Positions 39,027 through 52,074 of a stretch of 64,000 nt of DNA are shown one piece after another (position 1 is the first letter of the stretch; each line of letters opens with the position of its first letter). A program made the translations under genes and the position numbers. The notes beneath the pieces are model-generated. The model worked only from the letters and a program-made list of their open reading frames with translations. It was not told the origin of the DNA and did not search any database. This stretch comes from Syntrophales bacterium (lineage in GTDB: Bacteria > Desulfobacterota > Syntrophia > Syntrophales > UBA8958), in assembly GCA_026416455.1 (NCBI GenBank), contig JAOAFE010000003.1, positions 79,805-143,804 on the forward strand. Reading direction: 5' to 3'.

Positions 39027-40151
39027 ATGGAATTCTCAACTACCAAAGAAGTCTTAAGGGTGGCAGTGCAAAGAACATTGGGAATAGCTGATAAGAAAAC
39101 TACGATTCCCATTTTGAGCTATATTCTTCTAAAAACAGAAGGGGAAAAGTTAAAAATCGTGGCCACGGATCGCGAGATCAGTTTAATTTCTCGCTATGTC
39201 GTGTCGGCGAAAAAAGAAGGAAGCATTTTGGTGCCAGCGAGGAAGTTTTTCGAGATGATAAGAGAATTACCCGATGATGAAATTTGGTGCCACGTGGAAG
39301 AAAATGGGCAGGTAAAATTGAAGGCCGGGCGAGTTACTTATCGCCTTATGGGATTAAAGGAATCTGAATTTCCTAACATTTTGGAAGTGGAGGATTTAAC
39401 CTTGTATCCCATCAGAGTTGCAGTGCTATTGGGTTTAATCAAAAAAACAGTTTTTTCGGCTTCTACAGATGATTTAAGGCCAAGCATGAACGGGGTGTTT
39501 TTTGAGGTTGAGGAATCGGTTAACGGCATGCGTCTTAAAATGGTGGCGACGGACGGTCATCGGATGGCTATTGCCTGTAGTGATCCAGAGGAACACGGAG
39601 GCATGACGTTGGCGAAAGGAGCGATTATCCCCCGAAGGGGGATAATGGAAATAAGGAGATTATTGGAGGATTTAAATGGAAGTGACATGATTAATATGGG
39701 TTTTGATAAAGGTATGGTTGTTCTTAAGACGGAAGAAGTAACGATGAAAGTGGGTCTAATCGACAGTGAGTTTCCAGATTACAAACGGGTAATCCCTTCC
39801 GATAAGGGGATACCCATTCGGCTAGAAAGGGAACAACTACTTCGTACGTTGAAGCGTATGAGTGTTATGTCTAGTGATAGATATACCGGAGTCGTGTTGA
39901 ATTTACATGATAACATGATGGTCTTTAGTTCGGTCAACCCGGACGTGGGTGAGGCGAGCGAAGAATTAGAAGTGGAATACGAAGGAGAAGAAGTGAGAGT
40001 GGGGTACAATGTACGCTATCTCGTAGATGCGGTAGAAGTTGTAGAGGAGGAGGGAGTACTTTTCGAAGTGCGGACAGGTTTTCGACCAGGTGTGATTAGA
40101 TGTGTGGGGAGCGACCACTATGCTTCTTATATTATGCCATTAAGGATTTAG
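39027..40151 (+). CDS. dnaN: DNA polymerase III beta sliding clamp DnaN
   Basis: 374 aa with the three-domain clamp pattern (ILSYILLK..., ATDGHR, MPLRI C-terminus). Confidence 0.92.
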   Translation: MEFSTTKEVLRVAVQRTLGIADKKTTIPILSYILLKTEGEKLKIVATDREISLISRYVVSAKKEGSILVPARKFFEMIRELPDDEIWCHVEENGQVKLKAGRVTYRLMGLKESEFPNILEVEDLTLYPIRVAVLLGLIKKTVFSASTDDLRPSMNGVFFEVEESVNGMRLKMVATDGHRMAIACSDPEEHGGMTLAKGAIIPRRGIMEIRRLLEDLNGSDMINMGFDKGMVVLKTEEVTMKVGLIDSEFPDYKRVIPSDKGIPIRLEREQLLRTLKRMSVMSSDRYTGVVLNLHDNMMVFSSVNPDVGEASEELEVEYEGEEVRVGYNVRYLVDAVEVVEEEGVLFEVRTGFRPGVIRCVGSDHYASYIMPLRI

Positions 40152-40155
40152 GTGA

Positions 40156-42561
<2,406 letters not shown>

Positions 42562-42576
42562 AGAAGGAGATTAATA

Positions 42577-45036
42577 ATGAGTAACTCTCAATCTCTCATA
42601 CCGATCAATATCGAAGATGAAATGACGAAGTCCTATGTGGATTATGCTATGAGTGTCATTATCGGTCGAGCTATTCCCGATGTGCGAGACGGGCTTAAAC
42701 CTGTACACCGTCGGGTTCTCTTCGCTATGGCCGAAATGGGAAATCGTTGGAATCGTCCTTACAAAAAATCGGCTCGCATCGTAGGCGATATCATAGGCAA
42801 ATATCATCCCCATGGTGATGCAGCAGTATACGAAACCATCGTTCGAATGGCCCAAGACTTTAACATGAGATATCCATTAATCGACGGGCAGGGCAATTTT
42901 GGATCGATCGATGGCGATCCCCCAGCAGCGATGAGGTATACAGAGGTGAGGATGGCAAGGCTGGCCGAGGAACTCCTCGCGGATTTAGACAAAGACACCG
43001 TTAACTTCGTTCCGAATTACGATGAGTCTTTAACGGAGCCTTCTCTTTTACCGGCTCGATTGCCTCTTCTGCTTTTAAACGGGGCTTCGGGCATTGCCGT
43101 AGGTGTTGCGACCAACATCCCGCCGCACAATATAAGGGAAGTGATAGACGGTGTTATTGCTTTAATACGTAATCCTGAAATTTCCGTTGAAGAATTGATG
43201 TCTTTTATTCCCGGTCCTGACTTCCCCACAGCGGCTTTTATTAACGGCCGGGAAGGCATCTGGCAGGCTTATCAGACAGGAAGGGGTATAATACGTGTCC
43301 GCGCAAGGACGATAATAGAGAAAAATCCAAAAAAGGACCGCGAAAGTATAGTCATAACGGAATTACCCTATCAAGTTAACAAAGCCGATTTAATCGAAAA
43401 AATATCTGAGCTGGTAAGGGAAAAGAGGATAGAAGGCATTTCCGATTTAAGGGATGAGTCGGATCGCGAGGGTATTCGCGTGGTTATTGACTTGAGAAAA
43501 GATGAACCGGCAGAGGTCATCTTGAATCAGCTTTATAAACATACTCCAATGGAGAGTACTTTCGGCATCATCATGCTCGCCATCGAAAATAATCAACCAC
43601 GTATCTACAATCTCAAAGACATGCTCGTGAGCTTCGTGGAATTTAGGAAACAAGTGGTCACTCGTCGAACTCGTTTCGAGCTTAATCAAGCCAGAGAACG
43701 AGCCCACATTTTGGAAGGCTTTCTTACCGCCTTGGGTCGCATAGATGATATAATTGCCACCATCAAAGCCGCACGGGATCCTCAAGAAGCGGCAAGAACT
43801 CTCTGTGATAGATTTAGTCTCACCGAAGTTCAAGCCAAAGCCATTTTAGAAATGAGACTCCAGCGCCTTACAGGCTTGGAAAGAGAAAAGATCGAGCAAG
43901 AATACGGAGAAGTAAAAATAGAGATGGAGAGATTGGAGGCAATCTTAAGTGATCCAAAGTTAATGCTCGATGTCATAATTAAAGAACTGGAGGAAATTCG
44001 GGATCGGTATGGCGACGAAAGGCGTACAGAGATAATCGATGAGGTGAAGGACATTGAAATTGAAGACCTCATTGCCGAAGAAGATATGGTGGTAACCGTA
44101 TCCCATGCGGGATACATCAAGCGCAGCCCTCTCAATGTCTACCGTAGCCAAAGGCGTGGCGGTCGGGGTAAACTCAGCATGGTAACGAAAGAGGAAGATT
44201 TTGTAGAAAAGGTGTTTATCGCCTCAACGCACGATTATCTTCTTGTATTCACGGATCGTGGTCGTGTTTACTGGCTTAAAGTCTACCAAATTCCTGAGGC
44301 GAGCCGCACAGCCAAGGGGAAAGCTTTAGTAAACCTGATAAATTTTCATGCCGGAGAGCGAGTGCGCGCCATTTTACCGGTACGAGAGTTCTCCTCCCAT
44401 CTTTATGCTGTCATGGTGACTAAAAATGGGATTATCAAAAAGACCTCCCTTGCCGCTTATTCCAATCCCCGTAGCACAGGCATTATTGCCGTCTCCATCG
44501 ATGAGGGCGATACGTTGGTTGATGTCAAAGAAACGAACGGAGAAGGAGAAATATTTTTGGCCACCCGCTTTGGTAAGGCGATTCGATTTGATGAAAGAGA
44601 AGTACGTGATATGGGACGTCAGGCTCGAGGTGTCAGGGGTATCCAACTCGAGCCGGGGGATAGCATTGTGGGAATAGAAATCCCCACCCACGGTAGCACC
44701 CTTCTAACTGTAACTGAGAAGGGGTTTGGAAAGCGATCGCCCATAGATGAATATAGAACCCAGAGTCGAGGAGGAAAGGGCATCATTAATCTGAAAACCG
44801 CTCCCCGTGTCGGTTACGTATCCGGCATTTGCCAGGTTTCAGGAGACGAGGACGTAATTCTCATCAGCGATGGAGGAAATATCATTCGCCTGTCGGTAAA
44901 TGAAATTCCCGTCACCCACCGAGGAACACAAGGGGTAAAACTCATCGACTTGGTGGCGGGAGAGCGCCTGGTTGGTGTTGCTCGAATCGATAAGGAAGAA
45001 AATGGAGAAGAGGAAACCCCGTTATTGGTATCTTGA
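42577..45036 (+). CDS. gyrA: DNA gyrase subunit A
   Basis: [21 protein letters not shown], catalytic-Tyr context AAMRYTE, and the C-terminal beta-pinwheel. Confidence 0.95.
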   Translation: MSNSQSLIPINIEDEMTKSYVDYAMSVIIGRAIPDVRDGLKPVHRRVLFAMAEMGNRWNRPYKKSARIVGDIIGKYHPHGDAAVYETIVRMAQDFNMRYPLIDGQGNFGSIDGDPPAAMRYTEVRMARLAEELLADLDKDTVNFVPNYDESLTEPSLLPARLPLLLLNGASGIAVGVATNIPPHNIREVIDGVIALIRNPEISVEELMSFIPGPDFPTAAFINGREGIWQAYQTGRGIIRVRARTIIEKNPKKDRESIVITELPYQVNKADLIEKISELVREKRIEGISDLRDESDREGIRVVIDLRKDEPAEVILNQLYKHTPMESTFGIIMLAIENNQPRIYNLKDMLVSFVEFRKQVVTRRTRFELNQARERAHILEGFLTALGRIDDIIATIKAARDPQEAARTLCDRFSLTEVQAKAILEMRLQRLTGLEREKIEQEYGEVKIEMERLEAILSDPKLMLDVIIKELEEIRDRYGDERRTEIIDEVKDIEIEDLIAEEDMVVTVSHAGYIKRSPLNVYRSQRRGGRGKLSMVTKEEDFVEKVFIASTHDYLLVFTDRGRVYWLKVYQIPEASRTAKGKALVNLINFHAGERVRAILPVREFSSHLYAVMVTKNGIIKKTSLAAYSNPRSTGIIAVSIDEGDTLVDVKETNGEGEIFLATRFGKAIRFDEREVRDMGRQARGVRGIQLEPGDSIVGIEIPTHGSTLLTVTEKGFGKRSPIDEYRTQSRGGKGIINLKTAPRVGYVSGICQVSGDEDVILISDGGNIIRLSVNEIPVTHRGTQGVKLIDLVAGERLVGVARIDKEENGEEETPLLVS

Positions 45037-45430
45037 TCATACTGCTGACATCGGATGTGAAGTGGTGGGCAGAACCAAAAGAGAACTATACGAAAATGCA
45101 GCCCTGGCTCTCTATTCCCTGATCGTCAATCGGGAGATGGTCCGGGAAAGGCAGGAGCGGGCGATCCAGGTCAAGGGAGTAGATGAATTGGACCTGTGGG
45201 TCAATTACCTACGCGAGCTTTTATTTCTTGTAAATGGGGGAAATTTCATTGGTCATACTGTCCAGGTAAAGGAGATGAGGCGTAAGATAATTACGTGCGT
45301 AGTCAAGGGAGAAGATATAGATTTTAAACTTCATGGACCATTTAGGGAGGTAAAAGCGGTTACGTACCATGGTGCCCAAATTGAACGCACGTCTTGCGGA
45401 TGGCGGGGTCGATTTATTTGCGACATATAA
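45002..45430 (+). CDS. archease (RtcB activator)
   Basis: [10 protein letters not shown]-terminal motif and KAVTYH. ATG at 45002 follows AAGGAAG and overlaps the gyrA 3' end by 35 nt. Confidence 0.8.
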   Translation: MEKRKPRYWYLDHTADIGCEVVGRTKRELYENAALALYSLIVNREMVRERQERAIQVKGVDELDLWVNYLRELLFLVNGGNFIGHTVQVKEMRRKIITCVVKGEDIDFKLHGPFREVKAVTYHGAQIERTSCGWRGRFICDI

Positions 45431-45442
45431 AAAAGGAAAATT

Positions 45443-46873
45443 ATGTTGAGGAAGATTGACGATTATCGTTGGGAGGTTCCAAAAACTGGCGGGATGAGAG
45501 TCCCAGGCCTCATTTATACCTCAGAAGCCCTCCTTGCCTCGATGGGCAAAGATGAGAGTTTCAAGCAAGTGGCGAATGTGGCGCACCTGCCGGGTATTGT
45601 AAAAGCATCCCTTGCCATGCCAGACTGTCACTGGGGATATGGATTTCCGATTGGTGGGGTAGCGGCCTTTTCTATGAAAGAGGGTATCATTTCTCCGGGG
45701 GGTGTGGGATACGATATAAACTGTGGTTGTCGGCTTTTAATCTCAAAATTAAAATACGAAATGATAGAAGATCGTCTTGAAGAGCTTATGCATGCCCTTT
45801 TTCGCTCTATTCCCTCCGGTGTTGGATCGACTGGGCCAGTCAAGCTGTCTGTGGCAGAAGAGAAAAAAGTCTTAAAAGAAGGTGCAAGGTGGGCTGTACG
45901 AAACGGATACGGAACGGAGGAAGATTTGGAAACCACGGAGGACGGGGGAGTGATGGAAGAAGCGGACCCGGAGGTGGTAAGCGAGAGGGCTTTGGAGAGA
46001 GGAAGAGATCAACTTGGCACCTTGGGGTCGGGTAACCACTTCTTGGAAATAGAGGTGGTAGAGGAAATCTTCGATTCCAAAGCTGCAACTGCTTTCGGAT
46101 TGGAAGAGGGACAGGTTGCTGTCATGATCCACAGTGGCTCTCGGGGGTTGGGTTATCAAATCTGTGATGATTTTTTGGCCCGTATGGTAAAAGAGATAAA
46201 GAATCTTGATTTTACGCTCCCCGATAGGCAACTGGCCTGTGCCTACCTTTCTTCTGCCCTAGGGAAGGAGTATTTTGCTGCTATGGCCTGTGCGGCCAAT
46301 TACGCCTGGGCAAATAGGCAGATGCTGACCCACTGGACCCGTGAAACCTTTGAAAAGGTATTTCGTCTCTCCTCTCGAGAATTGGGCATGAGGCTTCTTT
46401 ACGATGTATGTCATAATATCGCCAAAAAGGAGAAATTCGTGATCGAAGGCCAAGAAGTGGAGTTGTGCGTCCATCGTAAGGGAGCTACCCGGGCTTTGCC
46501 TTCCGGTCATCCGGCCGTGCCAAAGATTTACCGGCAGGTAGGACAGCCAGTTTTGATTCCCGGCGATATGGCTCACGGCGCCTATGTATTGGTCGGAAAA
46601 GAAGGGGCTATAAGAGAAACCTTTGGAAGTGCCTGCCACGGGGCAGGGCGGGTAATGAGTCGTTCACAGGCAATAAAGGCAAGTAAAAACAGAGCCATAG
46701 CTAAGGAAATGGCGAAAATAGGAGTCATCGTCATGGCCGAAGGCAAGGAAACACTCCATGAGGAGATTCCTGAAGCCTATAAGAGTGTTTCGGAAGTAGT
46801 CGAAGTTGTACATCGGGCGGGCCTGGCCGGTAAGGTGGCCCGCCTGCGTACGGTAGGTTGTATCAAAGGTTAG
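45443..46873 (+). CDS. rtcB: RNA-splicing ligase RtcB
   Basis: GGVGYDINCGCR, GSGNHFLE, HSGSRGLG and CHGAGR motifs. Confidence 0.92.
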   Translation: MLRKIDDYRWEVPKTGGMRVPGLIYTSEALLASMGKDESFKQVANVAHLPGIVKASLAMPDCHWGYGFPIGGVAAFSMKEGIISPGGVGYDINCGCRLLISKLKYEMIEDRLEELMHALFRSIPSGVGSTGPVKLSVAEEKKVLKEGARWAVRNGYGTEEDLETTEDGGVMEEADPEVVSERALERGRDQLGTLGSGNHFLEIEVVEEIFDSKAATAFGLEEGQVAVMIHSGSRGLGYQICDDFLARMVKEIKNLDFTLPDRQLACAYLSSALGKEYFAAMACAANYAWANRQMLTHWTRETFEKVFRLSSRELGMRLLYDVCHNIAKKEKFVIEGQEVELCVHRKGATRALPSGHPAVPKIYRQVGQPVLIPGDMAHGAYVLVGKEGAIRETFGSACHGAGRVMSRSQAIKASKNRAIAKEMAKIGVIVMAEGKETLHEEIPEAYKSVSEVVEVVHRAGLAGKVARLRTVGCIKG

Positions 46874-47415
46874 AGGTTAGGGCCCGTTTGTCCGGTAACA
46901 AATCCTTTGGAGGGTGGACCGATATCGGCGGGAGTACCTGCAATCTGAGAGAGATATGCAGCTCCCAAGGTTTTTATGTGGTCGCTTACATTGGAAAAAT
47001 AATTGAAGTGGACCTGCTCTTCGTCTACTATCGTCTCGAATAGCTTCATACTGATGGCGTCACCGTTTTCCCGGCAGACTTCGATAAATTGATTATAATA
47101 ATCGATGGTGTCGTCTTCGAGCTTTGAATTGAAGGGAAAGATTGCTTCTACTTTCTGACCTTTTTCCACTTTCCCTTCCGGGTCTACCGTCGGCTCACCT
47201 CCTAGTTCTTTGATCCGCTCGGCAAACATTTCGGCATGGCGCATCTCATCGATGGCGATAAGCTTCACCTTGGCCGCCAGATCGCCATAGTCCATGTCGT
47301 CCAAATTGTAATGTTGGTTCATGTATTGGTGAATGGCCATAAGCTCCATTGCCCGCGCTCGATTTAGCACCTCGATTACTTTCTTTTTTCTTGCTTCCCG
47401 TGAATTTTTCTGCAT
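46870..47415 (-). CDS. bfr: bacterioferritin-like protein with a roughly 25-aa C-terminal extension
   Basis: VIEVLN.A.A.EL.AI.QY, IDEMRHAE and EE.VH ferroxidase pattern. Extra tail is AGTPADIGPPSKGFVTGQTGPNL. Confidence 0.8.
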   Translation of the reverse strand: MQKNSREARKKKVIEVLNRARAMELMAIHQYMNQHYNLDDMDYGDLAAKVKLIAIDEMRHAEMFAERIKELGGEPTVDPEGKVEKGQKVEAIFPFNSKLEDDTIDYYNQFIEVCRENGDAISMKLFETIVDEEQVHFNYFSNVSDHIKTLGAAYLSQIAGTPADIGPPSKGFVTGQTGPNL

Positions 47416-47504
47416 CTCTTCACCCCCGTTTTTTTATTCGTATTTTACTTTTTTCCCCGAAAAAGGCAATACAAAAGCATTAATCGATAGGAGGTGATCA
47501 TCTT

Positions 47505-48374
47505 ATGCAATACGCGACGATTATCGTAGAAATAGAAGATCAGATCGCTATCGTTTATCTTAATCGTCCGGAAGTGATGAATGCCTGGAATAGAAAGATG
47601 GACCGAGAAGTAAGTCAAGCTATGCGAGAGCTAGATCGGGATGATAAGATAAGGGCCATCGTTATCACCGGCAAAGGAAAGGCCTTTTGCGTCGGGTCTG
47701 ATTTAAGCGGTGGTGCTGAGGCATTTGTTGAGGGAGAGGATAAAGATCCAAATCAAACAGGTGATGTGACCTTCCCTTCCGTTATGCCGTGGCAGTTGAG
47801 AAAGCCGGTACTGGCTGCCATTAACGGTCATGCCATTGGCGTTGGTATAACCTATGCCATGTCTTGCGATATACGTATCGTTGCCCAGGAGGCTAAAATT
47901 CAGTTTGCTTTCGTTCGGCGAGGCATAATTCCAGAGCTGGCCTCTCATGTGACCGTAGCTCGGGTGGCTGGTCTGTCGAGGGCAGCAGATTTAATGCTTA
48001 CAGGAAGAATGATTACGGGTAAAGAAATGGCCGAAATGGGTCTTGCTTCTGTAGCTTTACCTTCAGATCAAGTCTTGCCGGCGACAATCGAGAGGGCAAA
48101 GGAGTTTTTGTTGGCTGCGCCGGTGGCCGTGGCAATATCGAAGAGACTGCTCTGGGAAGGGTTGACTTCTTCCGTTTTTCAGATGTTTCGCCGAGAGATG
48201 CCACTTTTCGAATGGATCTGCCGAACCCCCGATGCTCAGGAGGGGGTGACCTCTTTTCTTGAAAAGAGGCCACCAGTGTGGAGGATGGCTCCCAGTACCG
48301 ATTTACCAAATCTCCTCGATGAGGAAGGAACGCAAGATTGGAAAAGCACTGCTATCCCTTTAAATCGTTATTAA
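47505..48374 (+). CDS. enoyl-CoA hydratase/isomerase (crotonase) family protein
   Basis: NRPEVMNAW, GKGKAFCVGSDL and INGHAIGVGITYAMSCDIRI motifs. Confidence 0.85.
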   Translation: MQYATIIVEIEDQIAIVYLNRPEVMNAWNRKMDREVSQAMRELDRDDKIRAIVITGKGKAFCVGSDLSGGAEAFVEGEDKDPNQTGDVTFPSVMPWQLRKPVLAAINGHAIGVGITYAMSCDIRIVAQEAKIQFAFVRRGIIPELASHVTVARVAGLSRAADLMLTGRMITGKEMAEMGLASVALPSDQVLPATIERAKEFLLAAPVAVAISKRLLWEGLTSSVFQMFRREMPLFEWICRTPDAQEGVTSFLEKRPPVWRMAPSTDLPNLLDEEGTQDWKSTAIPLNRY

Positions 48375-48453
48375 GCAGATAGAGGATAGTATTTTTTTGC
48401 GAAATGATTTAAAAAGCCCCAGCGTAAGATTACGGAGAAAGAAGGAGTAGAAA

Positions 48454-49302
48454 ATGACAAAGGATAATAACTTAAGATTATTCACTGGCGCTTCTAAGTA
48501 CGTCCTCGATGAAGAACTGGCCAAGATAGTAAATGTTTCCATTGCGTTGGAGATGCCCTTGCTCTTAAAAGGAGAGCCGGGTACGGGAAAAACTATGCTG
48601 GCTCACGCGATTGCCGAAAGCCTGCAGATGCCCCTGATAATTCTGAACGTGAAATCCAGCATGAAGCTGATCGATGCTCTATATCAATACGATACCCTTA
48701 CTCGGCTAAACGACAGTCGTTTCGGGGATTCCAAGCGAGATGTGAGCCGCATAGAGGATTATATCAGGATGGGAAAAATAGGGCAGGCCTTTACCGCAGA
48801 ACGAAAGACCGTTCTGCTCATCGACGAAATCGACAAGGCCGATACGGACTTTCAGGATGACATGCTTGATGTGCTAGATCAAATGCAGTTCGATATCATC
48901 GAAATAGACAAAACCATTAAGGCGAAACATCGTCCCATTGTAATTATTACCTCCAATGCTAAAAAAGATCTTTCGGATCCTTTTCTTGGGCGCTGTAACT
49001 TCCATCACATTGCCTTTCCCGATCCGGACATGATGAGAAGAATCGTCAAGGTTCATTTTCCCGAACTTGAAGATAATCTGATAAAACTGTGCATAACCCA
49101 GTTTTACCGTCTTAGAGAGATACGAGGGATTGAAAAAAAACCAGCCACGCGGGAGTTGATAAATTGGATCCGGGCGCTCAAGGCAGATCCGGACTTTAAC
49201 CCTCGTATTCTCGAACAAGGACGAATACCCTTCCTAGGGGTTCTCTTCAAAAAGAGCGCCGATCTACACTTGGCCATGCAGTACGTTGGCGCCAGAAGAT
49301 AG
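48454..49302 (+). CDS. MoxR-like AAA+ ATPase (AAA_5, CbbQ/NorQ/CoxD-like)
   Basis: Walker A GEPGTGKT and Walker B VLLIDEIDKA. Arg-finger region SNAK..LSDPFLGRC. Confidence 0.85.
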   Translation: MTKDNNLRLFTGASKYVLDEELAKIVNVSIALEMPLLLKGEPGTGKTMLAHAIAESLQMPLIILNVKSSMKLIDALYQYDTLTRLNDSRFGDSKRDVSRIEDYIRMGKIGQAFTAERKTVLLIDEIDKADTDFQDDMLDVLDQMQFDIIEIDKTIKAKHRPIVIITSNAKKDLSDPFLGRCNFHHIAFPDPDMMRRIVKVHFPELEDNLIKLCITQFYRLREIRGIEKKPATRELINWIRALKADPDFNPRILEQGRIPFLGVLFKKSADLHLAMQYVGARR

Positions 49303-49308
49303 AAAGCC

Positions 49309-50505
49309 ATGTTTGTGGATTTTTTTTATGCCTTAAGAAGTCAAGGAATCCCCGTCACCCCGACGGCGTTCCTTCGCCTGCAAAAGGCCCTCAATCTCGG
49401 TTTAATTAAATCACTTGAGGATTTTTACACCGTCGCCCGTTCTATTTTGATAAAAAGTGAACGTTACTTCGATCTTTATGATCAAATTTTCGCCAGTCAC
49501 TTCCGAGGGGTTTCCTTCGAGGAGCCATCAACCGTGGAACTAACGGATATCATCAGGGAGCTGCTTAGGGAATGGCTGAAAGATCCGGCGGATTTGGCGA
49601 GGGAATTGGGGCTGTCGCAAGAAGAGATCCAGCATATGACCCCGGAAGAACTCGTCAAATATTTTCTCGAACGCCTAAAGGAGCAAACGGAGGCCCACCA
49701 GGGAGGAAATAAATGGATAGGAACCGGGGGTACTTCTCCCACGGGGCATTCGGGATATCATCCCGGCGGGATGAGGGTTGGTGGTGTTTCCCGCCACAAG
49801 TCGGCCATCAAAGTAGCCCTCGAGCGGCGCTATCGAGAGTATTCCTTAGATGGACCCTTAACCTCGTCTCAGATGGCAGAGGCATTGAAAAGGCTAAAAT
49901 ACCTAACGCCAACGGGGCCCAAGGATGTGGTCAATGTTAATCGCACGATTTACGAAACCATGAGAAATGCAGGAGAAATAGAAATTGTCTTCGATCGCCG
50001 TCTAACGGATCGCCTTAAAGTCATTCTCATGATCGATAATGGGGGCTGGTCGATGGATCCGTATGTAGAGGTTGTCCAAACCCTTTTTCGCTATGCTTCG
50101 AGTCAGTTCAAAGAACTCAAGATTTTCTATTTTCATAACACTATTTACAGCCGCGTATGGGCGGATCCTCAAAGACATTATAAGCCGGAAGAGCTGGGAG
50201 ATTTCGTCCGTTACGACCCAGAGACGAGACTTATCATCGTAGGCGATGCCAGCATGGCGCCCTATGAACTTACTCACCCCAATGGGGCAATTTACGTCGA
50301 CTCCAAACCTGGTATCCCCAGTATAGAGCGTTTGAAATTCCTCGCCGGGCTTTTTCGTCATTCTGTGTGGTTAAATCCGGTCGAGGAAAAATATTGGGAA
50401 TATACATGGACCATTGGTGTCATTCGCAAAATCTTTCCCATGTTCGAGCTCTCTTTAGAAGGTCTAGAAAAGGCAGTTCGTTATCTTGCAGGATCGGGAC
50501 ATTGA
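49309..50505 (+). CDS. VWA domain protein (CoxE-like partner of MoxR ATPase)
   Basis: N-terminus FFYALRSQGIPVTPTAFLRLQKAL and a C-terminal VWA-like block (ILMIDNGGWSM..IIVGDASM). Starts 7 nt after the ATPase gene. Confidence 0.7.
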   Translation: MFVDFFYALRSQGIPVTPTAFLRLQKALNLGLIKSLEDFYTVARSILIKSERYFDLYDQIFASHFRGVSFEEPSTVELTDIIRELLREWLKDPADLARELGLSQEEIQHMTPEELVKYFLERLKEQTEAHQGGNKWIGTGGTSPTGHSGYHPGGMRVGGVSRHKSAIKVALERRYREYSLDGPLTSSQMAEALKRLKYLTPTGPKDVVNVNRTIYETMRNAGEIEIVFDRRLTDRLKVILMIDNGGWSMDPYVEVVQTLFRYASSQFKELKIFYFHNTIYSRVWADPQRHYKPEELGDFVRYDPETRLIIVGDASMAPYELTHPNGAIYVDSKPGIPSIERLKFLAGLFRHSVWLNPVEEKYWEYTWTIGVIRKIFPMFELSLEGLEKAVRYLAGSGH

Positions 50506-51080
50506 GGGTTTTTTTGAGCGATGATGAGATAATGGTATTTCATTTCCTCGTGCCGTGAAAGGACCACGAAATGGGTCTCTTGCAACTGCCTCTCCACTAC
50601 TTCGGGAGGGACGCGTAACGGGAGAGGAGGACCGTGCTCTGTTTTTTCTGCCTTCCAATCCACGATAAATAGAATACCGGTTGGTTTTAAAACGCGCCGA
50701 CAATCGGTGAGCAACTCTATGGGCTGTTCCAACTCGTGATGAAGGTTGATCATGTAGAGCAGATCAACTACTCCTTCTGGGAGAGGCAGATGGCACTCTT
50801 CCATTAGAAGAGGGACAATTTGAGGATGTAATGGAGACACTTTTTCTTTTAGCCAGGTAATCATCTCTGGTGCTATGTCACAGGCAAAAACGGTGGCAAG
50901 CGGTGCTAACTGAGAAAAGGCAACGGTAAAAAGACCTGTTCCAGCACCGACATCGACAATCTTTTTCGGTGTTTCTTTCAATTGAAGCCTTTCCCAGATG
51001 AAATTGGTAGGAATATCCTTGAGGCGCTCTGGGTTGTTTAACTTGAGAATTTTTTCAGGATTAAATTTTTTCCGCCTCAT
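50481..51080 (-). CDS. class I SAM-dependent methyltransferase
   Basis: VVDVGAGTGLF motif I, 199 aa. 4-nt overlap with the upstream TSUP gene. Confidence 0.8.
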   Translation of the reverse strand: MRRKKFNPEKILKLNNPERLKDIPTNFIWERLQLKETPKKIVDVGAGTGLFTVAFSQLAPLATVFACDIAPEMITWLKEKVSPLHPQIVPLLMEECHLPLPEGVVDLLYMINLHHELEQPIELLTDCRRVLKPTGILFIVDWKAEKTEHGPPLPLRVPPEVVERQLQETHFVVLSRHEEMKYHYLIIAQKNPQCPDPAR

Positions 51081-51814
51081 ACGAGCATGGTAAGAATCTT
51101 GTAAACAGTCATAGCAACTATTAGGGCACCAAAACCTTGTTTAAGCCTCTGATTGGGAAGGAACAAACTGCTCAAGCGGGCACCTAAGTAAGATCCCGCG
51201 GCTCCTGCGAGAAGGAGGACTGTGGTGAGGGAGATATCCCATACAGCCCTGCCGACATGGGGAAGAAGAGCAGAAAAGGAAGGAGGCACTACGGCAAAGG
51301 CGTTTATGCCGGCCGCCTTTTTGGCAGGAAATCCTACGAGGATGAGGGTTGGCATCAGCAAAAAACCCGGACCAATGCCCAGAAGGCCACTTAAGATAGA
51401 AATCGGGACGGCCAAGATCAGCGCCAGATTGAAGTTCTCTTTTCCCGGCCTTTCTTGGATGGGCTTAAAGAGGCGAAAAGATAGGTAGAAAACAGATACA
51501 AGATAAATTATCCAAACCATCATGACGGGAATATAATGAACGATCCAAGAGCCAATAGGAGCACTCACGGTAGTGATTGCGGCAAGAGTCAGGGCCTTTT
51601 TCCAATCTATGAGCCCGCTTTGAGCAAAACCGAAGACAGCAAAGAGGGCGGTGATTCCATTTAGAACCAAAGATAATGGTTGAACTTGATGGACCAAGTC
51701 GGGGAGAAATAATGACAGGAAGGGTACAGCGGAAAATGCCACCCCCAGTCCCAGCATCCCAGATATCACAGAAAGGATGCCAAGGCCGGTTACCATAGTG
51801 ATAAAAGTATTCAT
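51077..51814 (-). CDS. TSUP (TauE/SafE) family anion exporter
   Basis: 245 aa with about 8 TM helices and the internally duplicated TauE-like pattern. Confidence 0.7.
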   Translation of the reverse strand: MNTFITMVTGLGILSVISGMLGLGVAFSAVPFLSLFLPDLVHQVQPLSLVLNGITALFAVFGFAQSGLIDWKKALTLAAITTVSAPIGSWIVHYIPVMMVWIIYLVSVFYLSFRLFKPIQERPGKENFNLALILAVPISILSGLLGIGPGFLLMPTLILVGFPAKKAAGINAFAVVPPSFSALLPHVGRAVWDISLTTVLLLAGAAGSYLGARLSSLFLPNQRLKQGFGALIVAMTVYKILTMLV

Positions 51815-51816
51815 CT

Positions 51817-52062
51817 TCAGCCCGTTTGGTATGCCTGGAAAATACTCTTTAACTCCTCAACAGAGGGTATTTTACCCGAGACGACTACTTTTCCATCTAC
51901 GATAACGGATGGTGTTACTTTGACTCCTAATTCCTTAAATTCCAGCACATTAAAAACATGGGACACTTCTGCCTCGAGGTTTAATGATTTTACGGCTTCA
52001 AGAACGTTTTTCTCTGTCGCATGGCATCTGGCGCAGCCAGGGCCGGCAACGATTATTTTCAT
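51817..52062 (-). CDS. small thioredoxin-fold protein (redox-active disulfide protein 2 type)
   Basis: 81 aa with GPGCARC at the N-terminus and a V.V.PSV..DG.VV.SG.IPS..E pattern. Confidence 0.8.
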   Translation of the reverse strand: MKIIVAGPGCARCHATEKNVLEAVKSLNLEAEVSHVFNVLEFKELGVKVTPSVIVDGKVVVSGKIPSVEELKSIFQAYQTG

Positions 52063-52074
52063 AAAGGAACCTCC

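Noticed and set aside
46870-46950. Bacterioferritin tail as an encapsulin cargo-loading peptide
   Set aside because: The tail lacks the GSL-type (e.g. LTVGSL or SLGIGSL) motif, and there is no encapsulin shell gene in the window.
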